Shown in pieces: positions 23,001 through 39,595 of a DNA stretch of 64,000 nt; position 1 is the stretch's first letter; each line of letters starts with the position of its first letter. The notes under the pieces are model-generated. The model did no database searches. It saw nothing but the letters and a program-made list of their open reading frames with translations, and had not been told where the DNA came from. Source of the stretch: Phallusia mammillata (taxonomy: Eukaryota); the NCBI GenBank assembly GCA_965637545.1, contig OZ281494.1, positions 13,640,001 to 13,704,000 on the forward strand, in the 5' to 3' direction. A program made the position numbers and the translations under genes.

Positions 23001-25479
23001 CAGAAATTGCCTGTACTAGATTGTTGATTGGAACAGTCATAAGGCATGCAGCATATTTCAAATGTTTTTGACAAGATTTAGTTGGGAGACATGGGTCATT
23101 AAAATTATCATTGCCCTCAAGCGCAACTTTGCCTAAGTGCATAATTGATGCTAAGACTGTAAAAATTTCCATTTGTGTTTCTGATGAAATTCCTATTGCT
23201 GACATAGCACTTTGTGTTACTTTAAATGCCGATGGAGTTTCCATGAAGTTTTCATTCCCTTCCTTTAACAATTCACTATTCTTTTCCATAGTAAATAAAA
23301 ATTCCTTTGGTGAAACATTGCTGTTTGTATTTAAATTCTTTTTTTCTGGACCATCATTATTTTCCAAAAAGCACCATTTCATTTTCTGTTCTACTGTGCT
23401 ACCATGCAACATTTGGTAAAATATATGAAAAGTTTGTTCATTTTCATTTTTTCTGGCAACTCTGGTTTTTTCAAGTAAATATGTCTGTAGTGTGGCCCCA
23501 ATGATATTTCCAGATCGATTGTATTGCAACTGAATGTACTTTCCGAATCTGCTGCTGTTGTGATTGCGAGGGGTGGCTGCATTTCCAAAGGCTTCCAAAA
23601 TTGGGTTGGAGCTTAATATTCGCTTTTCAATTTGGTGGTGTGTGGTGAATGACATGTCAAATGGAGAACTACACACAGGTTGACAACTTTCAGTTTCCTC
23701 ATTGTTGTTGCTGTCTATTCCAACATATGTAAGGTAATGCATCAGACAAGATACAGTCCAGGTTTTTCCAGCTCCACTCTCACCACTAATTATAATAGAC
23801 TGATTACTTTGTCCCATACTGTCAAGCATGTCTCTCCGGGCCTTTTCAACGACAGAAAATACATGTGCTGGCATTGCTGATAGTTCTGCTGTAGATGCAC
23901 CATGGTAGGCATGAATCATTTTTCTGCTGAACATCTCATCAACCTCTTGAAAAGGGTTAATTGCAAGCACTGTACCAGCACCTAATTTACGGTAAAACAC
24001 TCCACAATGATACATTTCTCTCAGTGAATATAACACAGCAGGTGTTGTTAAAGAAGTCATTTTTGATAAGTCTGAATGAAAATATTCCGTTTGCATGACT
24101 TCGTCGAAGCAATTCCACGATGCAATTGAATGAATGTCTCGTTTCGAAATGCGTTGCTTTTCGCTGGACAATGTGCCCACAACATACTCGCCGTTTTGGC
24201 AGACTTCGACAACTCTTACTGGATTCCAAACATCACTTGTGTGTTTTGCCCACACCCAAATACCCTCTTGTAAAGTCATTTCCATACTTATTCTGTGAGT
24301 TTCAAAAAACAGTCCAATGAATTCAAACAAATTGCATATAAAACGCCTTCCAACTTGATTTGATTTCAAAAGTACCTCCAGGCTAATTTATGACCTTAGT
24401 GCGCACTCATGCGTCACCGTATTTTTAATCCTGACGTCAAGACACAAAAATCATAAAAAACTTGTTTTTGCTTATGAACGTAAGTTTGGTGGTTTGCGAT
24501 CAATTTTTGGCATAATATTACGCATATTTGACTTCGTTTGCGTTGCTACACCCTTCTTTCTTGCTTTCTTTCTGTTTTGTCAATTACGTGTTCGTATGTC
24601 ATGCCATTGTGAGCATAACGCATTCAGGCGTTGCCCGCCAACCGAGGATAAAAATGAAACAAAACAAACAAACAAAACGCCTACCGTTTTCACGAACCTA
24701 TTTCGCACCCTTTGCAAGTAAATAGTTTGCCCGTCTGAGACTGAGAGCCATGCAATTTGTGTCAATGCTAGCGTGTTAAAAAAACTATTTTACCTGAATG
24801 CCATGAGTGCCTCTGAACCTGGATCTCATTGCCAAGTGACCCCCTGGAACACAACCAGCTGGTTCTCCGGAGCATCCAACACAGCAGTTTTCTCCCATAC
24901 GCGCAGCAATGCATGCAAAGTAGAAGTGACAGCAGAAAGTTGTCAGGCAACCTACGAATGTTAGTAAAATAAAGACATAAAAGCAGAGCCAAATTTTAAT
25001 TAGTCAAGGCAAACATTTATGCACAATAGTGAAAAAATTCGAATAACAACGGTGACCTTGAGTGAAAAAATACTTGTCCGGTTCGCTGTATGCAAGAACA
25101 CGATAATCGTAGTGAGAGAGGTTGCTAATTTTTTATATTGTTTAACTTATCTTAAATCCGACTAAATTATACGACAAAAGTCATTAATCCTGTTTCGCAT
25201 TATTTCGGTTTTCAGTCAGTTTGAAAAAGTATTGACAACTTACAGCTTTTCATATCAAGGCAACATTCACATAGGCCAGTGCTCCATCCTTTGCCATTTA
25301 TAACTGGCTGTTGGGTTACAATGGTGGTTGTTACCGCTGGTTGAGTTGTGACAACGTTCGGTGGCTGACTTGTGTACGTCACACTTTGATAAGCCTTGTT
25401 GCGACAACAAACAAATATGTTCAATTTAAGAAATCCGTTTGGCAAGAACATGCATACTTACGGGATTCACAGCTGTCAT
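20099..25479 (-). CDS. PLAC8/cornifelin-family Cys-rich protein, ~143 aa (exons 25479-25462, 25394-25244, 24951-24794, 20203-20099)
   Basis: Phase-consistent GT/AG exons give MTAVNP-AYQSV...QQPVINGKGWSTGLCECCLDMKSC-CLTTFCC...RMGENCCVG...LAMRSRFRGTHGIQ-GDICSDCFMTLCCKCCAMCQLSREMNNLGYADNC*, the canonical PLAC8 motif series. Confidence 0.88.
21181..24285 (-). CDS. MYO19: Myosin XIX-like unconventional myosin, intronless, ~1034 aa from the first ATG
   Basis: P-loop GESGAGKTWT (the KTWT is MYO19-like), EAFGNAATPRNHNSSRFGKYIQLQ, TYLLEKTRVA, DIYGFE and CIKPN are present, with three IQ-like motifs. The tail end SPILPYANVIP resembles the MYO19 tail motif SPLRYADICP. The ORF track's TTG start at 24369 is replaced by the ATG at 24285. 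Confidence 0.85.
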   Translation of the reverse strand: MEMTLQEGIWVWAKHTSDVWNPVRVVEVCQNGEYVVGTLSSEKQRISKRDIHSIASWNCFDEVMQTEYFHSDLSKMTSLTTPAVLYSLREMYHCGVFYRKLGAGTVLAINPFQEVDEMFSRKMIHAYHGASTAELSAMPAHVFSVVEKARRDMLDSMGQSNQSIIISGESGAGKTWTVSCLMHYLTYVGIDSNNNEETESCQPVCSSPFDMSFTTHHQIEKRILSSNPILEAFGNAATPRNHNSSRFGKYIQLQYNRSGNIIGATLQTYLLEKTRVARKNENEQTFHIFYQMLHGSTVEQKMKWCFLENNDGPEKKNLNTNSNVSPKEFLFTMEKNSELLKEGNENFMETPSAFKVTQSAMSAIGISSETQMEIFTVLASIMHLGKVALEGNDNFNDPCLPTKSCQKHLKYAACLMTVPINNLVQAISVRNIEAGKLRKSKRRSIVKKACTQQECEARLEALKKSVYEMIFHWVVDQIVSDISAPQDETSSFIGLLDIYGFESFKQNALEQLCINYANEKLQHYYVDNFLKLQQEELRSDEISWDISELVDKIACLKVLESPHSSLFALLNEECRLNRSTNPVQLMNRIFQSFPQNTYVRKSNLTVPCFVVSHYAGKVGYTTDQLIPKNKDELPPEVVDLLLNSGNVFLRSLVRERYPECKVVHQPKRGKGNQTVLIQFKRSLDDLLKTMATTNCHYIRCIKPNQQLVPKKFDSPHVVDQLKSSGIVETIQICGYFLPYKMSYQQFCSQFSFLLKRKALKVAFQNPEDFSRILVESLLLSYDTLEMSKCCQYGKTKIFLSADLYEILHKERVKVVSQSVKKMASWWRAILQRRLCRAQRKELIFRRVAAATLFQRVWREKQALRHLARCRKQMLFQQNVAARKIQGAWRKYRSLCTKINFQYTVTTDQPIKDNLVVHVGESDEEQSLLSISCTSVKYASVQLIDKSGDFTRRFTSTDRLQISQSFLLHSWVSVFFPGILPVTKYLRNIHLLPMELIRCLTYEKYSCASLWPKADAKWTPVSPILPYANVIPKSL

Positions 25480-26319
25480 TGTTCTTTGATTTTTTAGACT
25501 ACAAAACTTATTATAGCTAAGCTTTTGCGCACTGTGGCCAAAGAAAAAAACTGGTGAAGCAAATCGAGCGTGAAATAGAAATGTTACCTTTATGGTTTTG
25601 CCAGAACCCGCCACGCTATTTTATCGACTATAGAAAGCTTTTTGTGAAATTCGGGGAAAACGTATAGCAAACAAAACAAACCCTCAATCTATTGTGTTCA
25701 TTTTTGATGAAAGGAGGTTCATGGATACGTCTTTATGTAAATGGATCGTTTGAATCAAATGAAAAACACAGTTTTATATTTTGAAATATATATATGTATT
25801 AGGTGCTGTTAACATTTATCACTTTCACTTTGAACCCACATACGTTGGTTTTTTAAGCATTTTTTTATACGTTGAAGCTGACTAAATTTATTTTGTTAAA
25901 CAACCTGTTGATAAATCCTTCAATACATTTTGTAGCAACTGTTTTAAATGCTTGAATTGCCTTTAACATCACTTAAAGGCTATAACCTTCTGAAGGACTT
26001 CCAATGCCTGGACTGTTTGAGGCCACTAACTTTACAAACATCCAAGCCCTACTAAACCAACAAGCTGAATTTAACAAAGACTTGTCGAGTTTTGTAAAGC
26101 TGCTACTGCGTCTCAATGTTAAATCATAATCGTATCACATTGTCAGGATTTATTATGATGCTAACGCCTCGTTACCAACAAAGCGAGAACGAATATAAGT
26201 TATCAAACATAAAAGAGTCTATTATAAATTTAAATGAAAAACGAGAAATGTTCAAAGGACAATGAACGGAGGTTTGGTGAAGGATTTTTCCTCTTCTGTC
26301 AGAAAGGTCAATCGTTTGT

Positions 26320-31349
<5,030 letters not shown>

Positions 31350-31621
31350 TTTGGCGACGACTAACAATAAATTAAATGGGTTGATCTAAATAATTCAACT
31401 CCAACTGCACGAGAATAAACACGAATTGAAAACAAAACGAAGAGCTATTTTCTCTTCGTTTTGAAATATTGCACAACTCCGAAGGCTTAGCGAAGATTTT
31501 AGTCTTGCTAGCAGTTCTTTAAATGTACGCACTCTTTGTTTTACTGCTGCTAATGTTGTTGCTGTAGAAGCTGATTGCAACTGATGAGTAAATGGACATG
31601 GACAAACTCTTTTATAGTGAC

Positions 31622-31790
31622 CAAACAACTGGCAATCCGAGCGTCCCGCTGAGCCACCCGAGGTGACAATGACGACCTGAAATGATAATGTTAGCGCTTA
31701 TGTAAGGTCAGCTGGTCACCCACTATGCATCAAAGTCGGTCTTGTGCGTAAATTTGTAACGGGCAATTTCCAATTGGAAAGACTGGGTAA
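31622..31790 (-). promoter_or_regulatory. Proximal upstream block of SERCA-A, conserved with SERCA-B
   Basis: Near-identical to 46827-46996. Contains TTATGTAA (31698-31705), overlapping AGGTCA and CAGCTG, and the palindrome TTCCAATTGGAA (31768-31779). Confidence 0.6.
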
Positions 31791-32089
31791 CAATTATAGA
31801 GGCGAAATATACAGCTAAAACGAATATCTGTTATTTATTTTACTTTTATACGTTTGTAAACTTTATGTATAGTTAATAGTTTGTCAAATATGCTTAGGCT
31901 ACCTTAACTCAGTGGATTCTTCCATTAATGTACTTAATGTACATCTTAGGCTACCTTAAATGTACCAGACCATCCAATTGACACAAGGTGGTCAGTGGAT
32001 TATTAAGAGAGGTAATTATTATTAAAAGAAACAATATTTATAGGTATTTTTATCCGGTCTATTTCTGAAATATAATTTGAGAATGAGGT

Positions 32090-32570
32090 ATTGGTTAAGT
32101 AAACAATAAACATTACTTCGTCAGTACTATTACACTAACAAGTCGCCATTTAAAATCCTGGCCTTTGTTTCACCTATGGCAAAATTATCAACCACAGTTT
32201 ACGTAAGGGTCAACTCGTCGACTTGGATGGTACGAGTTGTTGGAAATAAGTGTATTGCCAATCCCAGATCGACAGCATCTGTCATTGACGTCACCCTGTA
32301 CCGGTAATTCCATTTGTCAGTTTGCAGACAAGCCGCAGGGAGTGAAAAGAACAAGAGGTTTTAAATGCAACTGAGACGACAGAGGATTGAGTGAATTTTA
32401 GCACTTCCAGGTAGGTTTGCTAGTTTACTAAAAAAAGGTCAAGTTTTGAGCATGTGTGTGTTGACTATAGTAAAATATAAGCACAATTTTCTTCCCTGGT
32501 GATAGGCCTACAAAGTAAAGTTACGCCTACTGACTGAATTGTTAGGCAAAATGGGCTTTACAAATCTTTT
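32090..32570. promoter_or_regulatory. Distal upstream block of SERCA-A, homologous to ~48290-48625 and ~49100-49150
   Basis: Clear alignment to the SERCA-B upstream region. Substitutions fall at all codon positions and there are stops, so it is non-coding. A TGACGTCA palindrome is present in the A copy. Confidence 0.45.
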
Positions 32571-32690
32571 TAGCAATACACTTGTGTTTTCTAACATATA
32601 AATCCTAAGATATTTCAAAATTATGAGGAAATAACTTATTTGACAAAGTGTGTTCGAAGACAAAATTACTGACAGGCCTATCGTGTAGGC

Positions 32691-33195
32691 CAGGGCTTCT
32701 CAAACTATGAGTCGCGACCCAAATTATTAACATATATATATACACTGGCGGCCATGACGTAAATAAAAACTCTTTTACCAAATATTTTGATTTTTGAACT
32801 GCTCTAAACACATTTTGTAGAACTTAAAAGAATATTTCCAGCCTAGTTGCCATATGCGCCAGACTTTTTTTTATGCCTATTGTGTGCAAATAATGCGAAA
32901 CAGCAGATACCACAAGCGACACAATATAGATTATGACGTCATAAAAGCTAAGACTTGATCTGTGCATCAAGTTAGAAATTAATTTAAGCTTTTTAAGCGC
33001 CATTAGATGGTATATATAATATATAAGTATTTCTTTAGATGAGTAATTTTAAAACACGAGGAAGCAGGCGGCCGTTTGTGAAATAAAGATCTGTGATGCG
33101 GCCGTCATAGCGAAAAGGTTGTGCACCCCTGGGGGTCGCGTAAAAATTTCTGTTTCAAAATGGGGTCCCAGAGCAAGAAAGTTTGAGAAGCTCTG
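32691..33195. mobile_element. hAT MITE (family of 13078-13776)
   Basis: CAGGGCTTCTCAAACT ... AGTTTGAGAAGCTCTG; TSD GTGTAGGC / GTGTATGC; long internal identity to the 13078 copy. Confidence 0.88.
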
Positions 33196-33894
33196 GTGTA
33201 TGCTCCTGGCGGACAAAGGCGTTAAGCGAAAACAAAACTGTGGGGCGAAAACTAAGCAAACTTGTCGGACAGTCTCAGTTTGCATACGCGTTAATAAATA
33301 ATGTCTGAATTTATGGTATGATATCTCCATGACGGCTTAGGTTACTTTTGTGCACAATATAAACTCTAGGAGGACTAGGTTGGGACCCTGGGAAATCCCG
33401 ATTCCAAAATCCCGGGGTTTGGGGTTTATATCCCTTCTAATTCTGCGATAGGCTAAATATACTTATAGGAGTGCGTATTATTCAGGTAAACTTTTTCAGT
33501 GTGTTATCCCCGTGTCAAGTGTGATGTATATATCTATAGCAACAATGAATAGCTGCCTGGCTGAAAAACATTTCCGCCTAGAGCGCCCGGTAGTACGCAA
33601 TGCGAGCAAAAGCTAGCCATGACATGGTTCTGTCACAAGGCATTGATTTTACTACTGGGCCTGTATAAGAGCGAGTATCACAAATTAATGTTGTTCTATA
33701 CAGGCATTTACTTGTTTGTTTATGTTTCGGAGGAATTAGAGCTAAAAGCGCCGAAAAAGAGCCGAAATTTCTACAGATGGATTGGAAATATTAAATGTGC
33801 TATATAAAGTCATCCATGACAAATCTAGTCCAACCCAAATTAAACCAGTTTTGGTGGCGTGAAGAAAAAAGCGTCAAATTATGTTGCATTATGT

Positions 33895-34197
33895 CAGGGG
33901 TGTCCAAAGTGCGGCCGGGCGGCTTTTTGCGCGCCCCGCGGCTGTGTTTTTCAACTCATGTTGAGTATCGCCTCCATAGTTTGAATAATGTTTTTGGGTT
34001 TTGGCGACTTGCGACCACGCAAAAGCTTTCCAAGGGACGTTATTTACCGGTAAAAAGTAATGTACATGGTGCTGACGCAACAAGTTCCCACCTTTTCTTA
34101 AATCGTGTATTTGGGTTCTAATTAAAAAAACGTTGTACCGCGGGCATCTTTATTTGGTAAAAATTGGCCCCCATCAAGAAAAGTTTGGACACCCCTG
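33895..34197. mobile_element. hAT MITE
   Basis: TIR CAGGGGTGTCCAAA / TTTGGACACCCCTG; perfect TSD CATTATGT. Confidence 0.9.
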
Positions 34198-34275
34198 CAT
34201 TATGTTATCCACTTTTGTTTTTGTGTGGATTGTTTCGATCCTCCACCGTCAAAAATCGCGCGGTATGTTGTAATT

Positions 34276-34703
34276 CAGTGGTCGGCAACCGCCGGTCCGC
34301 GGCCCGGTACCGGTCCGCGAGGGTTTCGTTACCGGGCCGTATAAATTTTTAGGTTAGATGTTATAAAACGTTTGGCCCATGTATCTTGGGGATGATACAC
34401 TAATTTAAGCGTTTTTAGTTAAGATGAACATAAATTCATAACTGGGATCAGCCCTGAAGCGTCTATGCAGACCAGCGATCACGGCACACTCATATATAAA
34501 TCACAGTACGCCAGGGCCATTGAAGGCGCTATACCGAATCAGCCGGTCACCAAGCATTCACCACCCAGGCGTACTGTGGCCCTGGCGTACTGTGATTTAA
34601 GTGTTTTTATTGCTAAATATTTGTACTTTTTTGAAGACCGGTCCGCGATAAAATTTTAGTTTAAAAAACGGTCCGCCGTGCACAAAAGGTTTGCCGACCC
34701 CTG
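34276..34703. mobile_element. hAT MITE
   Basis: CAGTGGTCGGCAACC / GGTTTGCCGACCCCTG; perfect TSD TTGTAATT. Confidence 0.88.
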
Positions 34704-35114
34704 TTGTAATTGATAGAGAAAATTAATTTGTGGGTTTGACTGAAGCGTTTGAAACTCAGGCATGCGAGATATTTTTTCTTGGTTACGAATAGCGATTTGG
34801 GTTTGGTTAGGTCGTGTTTTGTTAAGCTTGACGTACAGACGTTCACATGCTAGTCTGGTGAAAACATTTTACATTCTGACAAATGGATGTCAGGTCGATT
34901 AATGTCTGTACCGCTGTATTTGCCACACAAAACTATAATTAAAGCAAATAAGGGGAAGGGTTATTAGATGCTAACGAAATAAAGCTGGAGCATTCGTATT
35001 TGTTACAAATGTACATATTTAGTGTGTTCGTAAAAATACATGACTTTCACAATTCGCTCGGTATTTGAAGTCCCAACGTTTGTTGGTTGCGTTAAACGAC
35101 AGCAGCATCTACGA

Positions 35115-35443
35115 CAGTGGTTCTCAACTCGTTTCAGATCATGGGCCACCAGTTCCATTAATTTCGTGAACCAGTATAATATTGTGGACAAGTACATTGT
35201 TAAATAAGGACAAAGAAAGCATTCACAACAAAAATATTGGACAGAAATATACTCCTTCAATACAGAATTTCGAGGAGTGATATCAATCAAACAATAAATG
35301 GCCAATAACTGGATCAGATTTTGTTCGTACTGAATATTTCATCAATTATATGCAACCATATCTAGCTTATCACCAAGTATAATTATTGTCCTGTGGACCA
35401 CCCAAACACTAGTGGTCCATGGACCACCGGTTTAGAACCACTG
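35115..35443. mobile_element. hAT-type MITE (TSD not preserved)
   Basis: CAGTGGTTCTCAAC / GGTTTAGAACCACTG termini; the flanks do not match. Confidence 0.6.
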
Positions 35444-35890
35444 AACTCGTCATCTGCCAAGCATTTCCTTTGACCTTCATACAAATAAGTGTACTATTCA
35501 AGTGCAAAAAGTAAGTCACGTTTTTTTGCCAGACGAGCCCAAAAAAACTATTCACACCCATTGAACTGTTCGAACGGCAACCGTCGTTTTTAGCAAGTTG
35601 GACCGCTGGCCACATTCTACAGACGTGCAAGTGTGACCTATATCAAATGTGAAATGTGTTGTAAAGCCGTGTAATTTAAACACTAAATTGCGCACAGTGG
35701 TATATATACAGCAGACGCAAGGAGGTTTCAAGCTAGCTTTGTCAACGGTAGCGGAATAAAAAAAATAAAAAAAAATAATTAAAAAAAAACTCTTTACAAA
35801 CGGTCGATTTCTTTTGTTTTTTAATTTTCAGAAACAGTGTAGGTATTTTCTGATTTTAGATAATCACCAAAGTATCCGTAAATTACCACC

Positions 35891-38800
35891 ATGGTAAGTT
35901 TATTTGTGTAAAAAGTGTGACTGTAACTTAATTTTTTTAAACTACTTTTAAGTAGTATGTGTTTGTATTGTTGTCATTACAAAACAGATATTCTTTTTGT
36001 GCTGCTTATGCCAATAGAATAAGTGCCCGAATCTAAAGCTTTTGAAAATCCGTCACGCGTACTTCGGTTGGTTGCTTTGTGCAGCGCCGAAAACAACCGA
36101 AGGAAGTGGTTTGAGCCAAATATAGCTAATGTTATTTAAACAACATACAACACACGTCAACAGTCTCAGGCGTTGTTTTGCTGTAAGTTTTAATCTGTTT
36201 AGTTTATGATTGTGTGTGCTGGGTTATGCTTTTTTGGTTGATGGTCACATTTTCGATTACTTCGTCACAATGCAACGATTGATCAATGCCTTGTAGCGAA
36301 CAATGCAATAAACACCGAGGGGTACATAGCGCTGCGAAGGCTACTACGAGTAAATGATTAGTTTAACTACCCTTGCAAAGTTGAATTTGAAAATATGTAA
36401 CAATTGTGTTGTTTTTTGCAGGCCACTGATCATCTTACCGAAGAGCAAATTGCAGGTAAGTATTTTTAACTTCCTAAGAGTCACAAATGACAAAACCACT
36501 CTCAAATCGTTTGTTATCGTTTGCACAATCGTCATTTGAGTTCATTTTTCAACCCCAGCTCTTTTTACTTAAGTCAGTGGTTCTCAAACTTTTGTTTGTT
36601 GCAACGCCTCTGGACAAGTTTTCTGGACTTGCGACGCACCATAAAATAAAAGTTAATCAGGAAACATATTATTAAAGTTGTGTTTATTGACACAACAACA
36701 AAAAGCCACGAAACGGAACTATTCTGCGACGCCCTTGGAAAATTGAAACGACGCACCAGGGAGTCGCGACGCACAGTTTGAGAACTACTGACTTAAGTGA
36801 CAATGGTCAATGATTAAAGTTGCTGATGAAGGCTACAAAGTTTCAAATAGACTGTTTATCGTTCAGGACTGAAGGATGCGTTCTCGCTCTTCGACGAGGA
36901 CGGCAATGGCACCATCGCCACCAAGGAATTGGGCTCCGTCATGAAGTCCTTTGGACAAAATTTCACAGAAGCCGAGCTGCAGGTATACGCTGGTTTTCAA
37001 CACGTTCCAGATAAAAAGCCGAAGCTTTCCATTAAAAAAATTATTTCGTTTGTCAAAGGTTTTTGTTACCCGCAAAAGTTTTTCCTCCCCATCTTTGTGC
37101 CTCTTACCCAAATTGTCAGTTGGTAGGACTTGGGGATTAGGATTAACCTTGACGACTTTTTATTGGTGAAATATAGCCTACTTATGGTGCGATAAAAAGT
37201 AATAAGACGGCAAATCAACAATTGCTAATACTGGTATAAACATGTTAGGCTACTAGGTTGGCAAAATCAATTTCCTAACGGCCTTTTTTTATAGATTTTG
37301 AAAGCACAATTGCGAAAATCCGCCTTTACTGTCCTGGAAAATAAGCGGATAATAATGACGCAAACTATTTCGTACTGCACGCTTGGTCGGTGGATGGCCG
37401 TTTATTCAGTATTAGACAAAAAATGTACCAACTTGAGAACTGACATCACAAATAGATTGCTACATACCCATAGCTGCCGCAAAAAGCATTGGCGAATATT
37501 TGAAAGCAAATTCTGTGAAAATACCAGTTACACTATCAGGGCTGCATCGAGGTTTATTATAAAATAACTTTTAACCTAACTTGAAAACTTAGTTCATAAC
37601 CCATCCTTGAGTAGGTTAACGATATTATGCAAACTTGTGTAATGTGAGTTTTCACGTCAGCACTCCTTTGAGTTAACAGTTCAGTTGCTATTTTGTGCAC
37701 TTTTGTTTTATACTGGATCTCATCAAAGAACGTTCAACTACGACAGAAGGCTTAAACAAAAATATCAATCAATGGAACGATTGCGTGTGTCCGAAATAAA
37801 CTATTGTGGCCGAATAAAAGGTAGTAAAAATTTCAACAACTTTAGAGACGTTAAGGTCTATGCTAGGCAGCACTTTTCGTCATGCACACAAAACAAAAAC
37901 CTGTCCACCTTATCTGACTCGCCATACTTGTACAGGCCATGGTCAACGAAGTCGACGACGACGGTAGCGGCACTATCGATTTCCCAGAGTTTATTACAAT
38001 GATGACAAGGAAAATGAAGGAGACCGATACCGAGGAGGAAATTCGCGAGGCTTTTCGCGTTCACGACAAGGTTGTGCTCAGTTATCCTGTTATAACTTAC
38101 GGCGCATATGCCCATTGTTTACATTCAAATGTCTACACTCCATTCAACGATACCAGTGCAGTTAATTTCCGTTCCGTAAAAATTTATTTCATTTGTTTGA
38201 ACTTTGAACTCTCTAAAATCATTGGTCTGTCCCAAAGTGCACCATCTCTTTTGTGAAATTTAACAAGGGGCCACAGAACTTATGTATGTTTATAAACCTA
38301 ACCATTTGCGAAATCGACGGGGCTGCTGTTGCTTGCTTGATCACATATTACTCTTTTTTTCTTTTATGGTTCTCTAGTAAATCTTTTCTATACAGGATGG
38401 CAACGGTTTCGTCACGGCTGCTGAACTTCGTCATGTGATGGCAAACCTTGGAGAAAAACCGACTGATGAAGTAGTTGATCAAATGATAAGAGAAGCTGAT
38501 GTTGATGGAGATGGACGGGTTAATTATGAAGGTATGTGCAATTTTGTTATGATTGCTGGGTGAATCTGTTTACAAACAAGTGTTATGGTAATATGCGCTA
38601 CTGTTCGCCGACTCACAGTTGTAAGTCGTTCCGGACTTAAGTTGTAATAAAACAGGCCTAATTCGGCCTGCCTTTACCTTTGGCATTTTATTCACGCGAC
38701 ATTTTTTGAACTTTCGGGCCCAATTCTGGTTTTCTTTATGGAAGATAATTCCGTGCTTGTAGCCTACTAGTCTAGGTAATTTGGGGACATACCCTGATCA

Positions 38801-38922
38801 TATTCTTCATTGAAAATAACTAAATGTGATTGTGTAGTCCAATTATGGTAAAATATTCATAATTAATTGGTGTTTTACCGTTTTCTTTTGCAGAATTCGT
38901 CAAAGTCATGTCAGCCTCCTAA
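35891..38922 (+). CDS. Divergent calmodulin-like protein, 150 aa (exons 35891-35893, 36422-36455, 36867-36982, 37936-38070, 38396-38531, 38894-38922)
   Basis: ATG-only first coding exon (CCACCATG|GTAAGT), as in calmodulin genes. Product [35 protein letters not shown]...[13 protein letters not shown]...[13 protein letters not shown]...[20 protein letters not shown]. Four EF-hand loops; all phases consistent. Confidence 0.92.
36575..36790. mobile_element. hAT MITE in calmodulin-like intron 2
   Basis: CAGTGGTTCTCAAACT / AGTTTGAGAACTACTG; perfect TSD ACTTAAGT. Confidence 0.9.
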
Positions 38923-39595
38923 ATTTATGCCGCCAACCACGTTACAATCTGAAGAAACGATCCCAACATCCCCTTTCACACCCAACATGCTCACATTCCG
39001 TTTTTGCTACATCTTTTTATTGCGATCTGATTGATAATATTCCTGTTAAAACACAACGGACTTCCAGGGCATTTCAGTTTTTCGTTTGCACTCTCACACA
39101 TTGCCTGTGTTGCGCACTTGTTGCGTTGCGACATAACCATATGCAAATTTGCACAAATTAAAAGTTTTAATTTGATTGTAACATTTCCTTTTAAAATATC
39201 TTTGTTTTTGATTAGCAACAAAAAGTCACAGAGCGTCTTTTAAATTTCAGCGTTTACTCGCAAGAAGCCCCATCGTATTGTGTGTTTTTCAATACAATGC
39301 CACTTTTCTTCAACACAGTAAAAGCAAATCTTAAAAGCGAAGCATTTAGTATTGCAAACAAATAGCATTAGTAAGCTCATATAATGCATGTCCAACCGGG
39401 TAATCAAATTGTTTAACTTAATACACTTACCAAGACACACAAATCAAAATCTTAAGTAAAAAAGTTAATTAACTTCTTGCGAAAGTATTCCGCAACAACA
39501 CTTGCAACCTCGCATGTGCAGAAAAAAAAATGTATGGCAGTAAATTCTACCATAGACAAAAGACTAAACTGGAATACAATTGATAGCATGTAAAC

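Noticed and set aside
14637-24320. Numerous 60-180-aa ORFs overlapping or antisense to the GPCR and myosin ORFs (and likewise to SERCA exons)
   Set aside because: These are shadow ORFs expected from codon structure of the real genes, with no independent motifs.
24285-24794. In-frame PLAC8-MYO19 fusion protein
   Set aside because: The PLAC8 exon 3 donor is phase 0, while both candidate acceptors upstream of the myosin ATG enter the myosin frame in phase 2.
32161-32250. Coding exon within the distal block shared by SERCA-A and SERCA-B upstream regions
   Set aside because: A/B differences are spread over all three codon positions and include a stop, so it is non-coding.
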